From contig JBCNUW010000004.1 in assembly GCA_039630575.1 (NCBI GenBank), forward strand, positions 32,001 to 96,000: DNA of 64,000 bases, written 5' to 3'. The translations under genes were made by a program, and so were the position numbers. The DNA comes from Candidatus Hydrothermales bacterium. Lineage in GTDB: Bacteria; Hydrothermota; Hydrothermia; Hydrothermales; JAJRUZ01. Shown here piece after piece: positions 62,144 through 64,000 of the stretch (position 1 is its first letter; every line of letters starts with the position of its first letter). The notes below the pieces were generated by a model. That model ran no database searches and had not been told where the DNA came from. It was given only the letters and a program-made list of their open reading frames with translations.

Positions 62144-63016
62144 TTAATTTCTATTTATATAAAAAATTGAAAAAGCTGATGAAAAAGAGGTATATGCAAC
62201 AAGTCCTAAGTTAAGAATTAACTTTGATATTATATTTATTGAATTGTGCTTTTTAAAAAATTTAAAAATAGATTTTCTTAGATAATGTTCAGATTTTAGA
62301 CCCAAGTATTTCCTTGAGCCTCCATGAAAATGAATAATTTTTATATCTGGAGCATATAAAACTTTATAACCTCTTTTTCTAATTCTCAAGCATAGATCAA
62401 TATCCTCAGCAAATAAAAAAAATTCTTCATCAAAGCCTCCTACATCTTCAAAAGTTTCCCTTTTTATAGCTACAAAGGCACCTAAAACAGCTTCTACTTC
62501 ACGTGGTTTTGTTTCTTTTTCAAGATCAAGGTAGAGAAATTCTCTCGTTATTGGATTATTTTTTAAAATGAAAGATCCGATTGATTTCCTTCCGAATAAA
62601 AGATATTTAAATCTTGGGTATCTTCTGCAGCTTGGTTGATAAGTTCCATCAGGATATTCTAATTTTGATCCAAGAATTCCAAGGTTTTGTTCTCTTTCAA
62701 AATACCCTTTTATCTTCTCAAATGTCCCTTGTGGGATAATTACATCAGCGTTAGAAAAAACAAGTATTTTACCCTTAGAAATTTTTGCCCCATAATTACA
62801 TCCACCCCCATAACCGAGATTTTTCGTATTTTTAACATATTTAAATTCAGGAAAAATTTTCTTTGCCTTTTCTATAGAATTGTCAGTGGAGTTGTTATCA
62901 ATCACTATAACTTCAAACTCTTTTTCTTTGTTAAAAGTATTTAATTTTATCGATCTTAAGGTGTAGGTAAGGTAATCTCCACTATTAAAATTAACTATAA
63001 TTATAGAGAAATTCAC
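62144..63016 (-). CDS. Glycosyltransferase family 2
   Basis: DNNSTD, NAD, GGFDE.FF..EDID. Confidence 0.9.
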   Translation of the reverse strand: MNFSIIIVNFNSGDYLTYTLRSIKLNTFNKEKEFEVIVIDNNSTDNSIEKAKKIFPEFKYVKNTKNLGYGGGCNYGAKISKGKILVFSNADVIIPQGTFEKIKGYFEREQNLGILGSKLEYPDGTYQPSCRRYPRFKYLLFGRKSIGSFILKNNPITREFLYLDLEKETKPREVEAVLGAFVAIKRETFEDVGGFDEEFFLFAEDIDLCLRIRKRGYKVLYAPDIKIIHFHGGSRKYLGLKSEHYLRKSIFKFFKKHNSINIISKLILNLGLVAYTSFSSAFSIFYINRN

Positions 63017-63387
63017 TTTTCCTCTTTATGCTTTGTATCTTTAATTAGTTTTTCGTCCATTAAGCATTTACCATTAAATGTTACACCATCCTCTACAATT
63101 AGACCCTTACAGTAGACTTCTCCTTCAAATCTTGCATTTTTTTCAAAGTGAGCCTTTCCATCAACTATCAATTTACCAATAAAAGTTCCACCAACTTTTG
63201 CATTTTTAGCCCTTACATCCTGAGCTTTGACTTTTCCGCTTGCTCCTATGATTAATATATCCTTTGTTTCAATGTTTCCCTCAAATTCTCCATCAATTCT
63301 TACTCCACCTTTTGCCTTTATTTCTCCTTTTAATTGAGTTGATTCACCTATATGAGTATCCAGCTGTGGATGAGGTTCCTTGTTCAT
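63013..63387 (-). CDS. Bactofilin (polymer-forming cytoskeletal protein)
   Basis: IG..GEI..RIDG.FEG beta-helix repeats, FNGKC. Confidence 0.9.
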   Translation of the reverse strand: MNKEPHPQLDTHIGESTQLKGEIKAKGGVRIDGEFEGNIETKDILIIGASGKVKAQDVRAKNAKVGGTFIGKLIVDGKAHFEKNARFEGEVYCKGLIVEDGVTFNGKCLMDEKLIKDTKHKEEK

Positions 63388-63400
63388 TTTTTAAAATTTT

Positions 63401-64000
63401 TTAAGGAATTGAACCTAAATTTATCTCTGTAAATTTTGAAAGTTCCTCTAAAATGATATTTTTTATTTCCTCCATTTTTTCAGGTGTTTTTCCCTCAAAT
63501 CTAAGAACAAGGACGGGTTGAGTATTAGAGGCTCTCACAAGACCAAAGCCATCCGTAAAATTTATTCTTACACCATCTATGTCAAGAATTTTAAATTTCT
63601 TCGAAAATTTTTTCTTCAGTTTCTCAACAACTTTAAACTTATGTTCGTCTGGGCATTCAACTCTTATTTCAGGTGTTGAATAATAAAAAGGTATTTCATC
63701 AACAAGTTCATGAACCTTTTTCTTAAATGTGTCAACTACTTCTAGGAATCTTAGGGAAGCATAAATAGCATCATCAAATCCATAGAATCTATCACTGAAG
63801 AAAAGATGCCCTGACATTTCTCCTGCAATTGGTGCACCCTCTTCTTTAAGTTTAGCCTTTATTAGAGAATGCCCTGTTTTCCACATTATGGGTTCACCTC
63901 CAATTGACCTTATGTATTCGTAAACTCCCTGCGAGCATTTTACGTCAAAAATAATCTTACTTCCTTTTTTTTCTTCTAAAACTTTTTTCGATAAAATTGC
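63401..64000 (-). CDS. Phosphomannomutase/phosphoglucomutase, 5' part outside window
   Basis: KTGHS, GEMSGH, DGVR, RASNTQP. Confidence 0.92.
   Translation of the reverse strand, partial: AILSKKVLEEKKGSKIIFDVKCSQGVYEYIRSIGGEPIMWKTGHSLIKAKLKEEGAPIAGEMSGHLFFSDRFYGFDDAIYASLRFLEVVDTFKKKVHELVDEIPFYYSTPEIRVECPDEHKFKVVEKLKKKFSKKFKILDIDGVRINFTDGFGLVRASNTQPVLVLRFEGKTPEKMEEIKNIILEELSKFTEINLGSIP
63404..63416 (-). promoter_or_regulatory. T-arm-like leader hairpin, copy 8
   Basis: AGG-TTCAATT-CCT; core ends 17 nt before the bactofilin ATG; overlaps the last codons of the upstream gene. Confidence 0.55.

Overview
AT-rich bacterial chromosome segment (roughly 30% GC by eye) spanning the replication origin (dnaN-oriC-dnaA, about 42.3-43.9 kb). 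It is mostly housekeeping and envelope genes: dnaE, recA, ruvAC, fabF/acpP, ispDF, lpxB, der, hup, pstS, sat and four tRNAs. LpxB, a T9SS-like C-terminal domain and K/E-rich proteins suggest a thermophilic diderm such as candidate phylum WOR-3 (inference only). I saw no integrase, transposase, CRISPR array or rRNA. The main signal is non-coding: eight copies of a tRNA T-arm-like hairpin (NGG-TTSWANN-CCN) lie on the sense strand 17-26 nt upstream of start codons, with a covarying third base pair, and five sit 8-12 nt after a -10 box. Other points: a 10-bp GC-rich inverted repeat bracketing hup, apparently leaderless genes, an uncalled ccmD, an arginine synthetase (ArcE-like) gene near argF, a gnnA/lmtA-like/lpxB lipid A cluster, a sat operon with a deoxyhypusine-synthase-like gene, and decayed genes next to tRNA-Ser.
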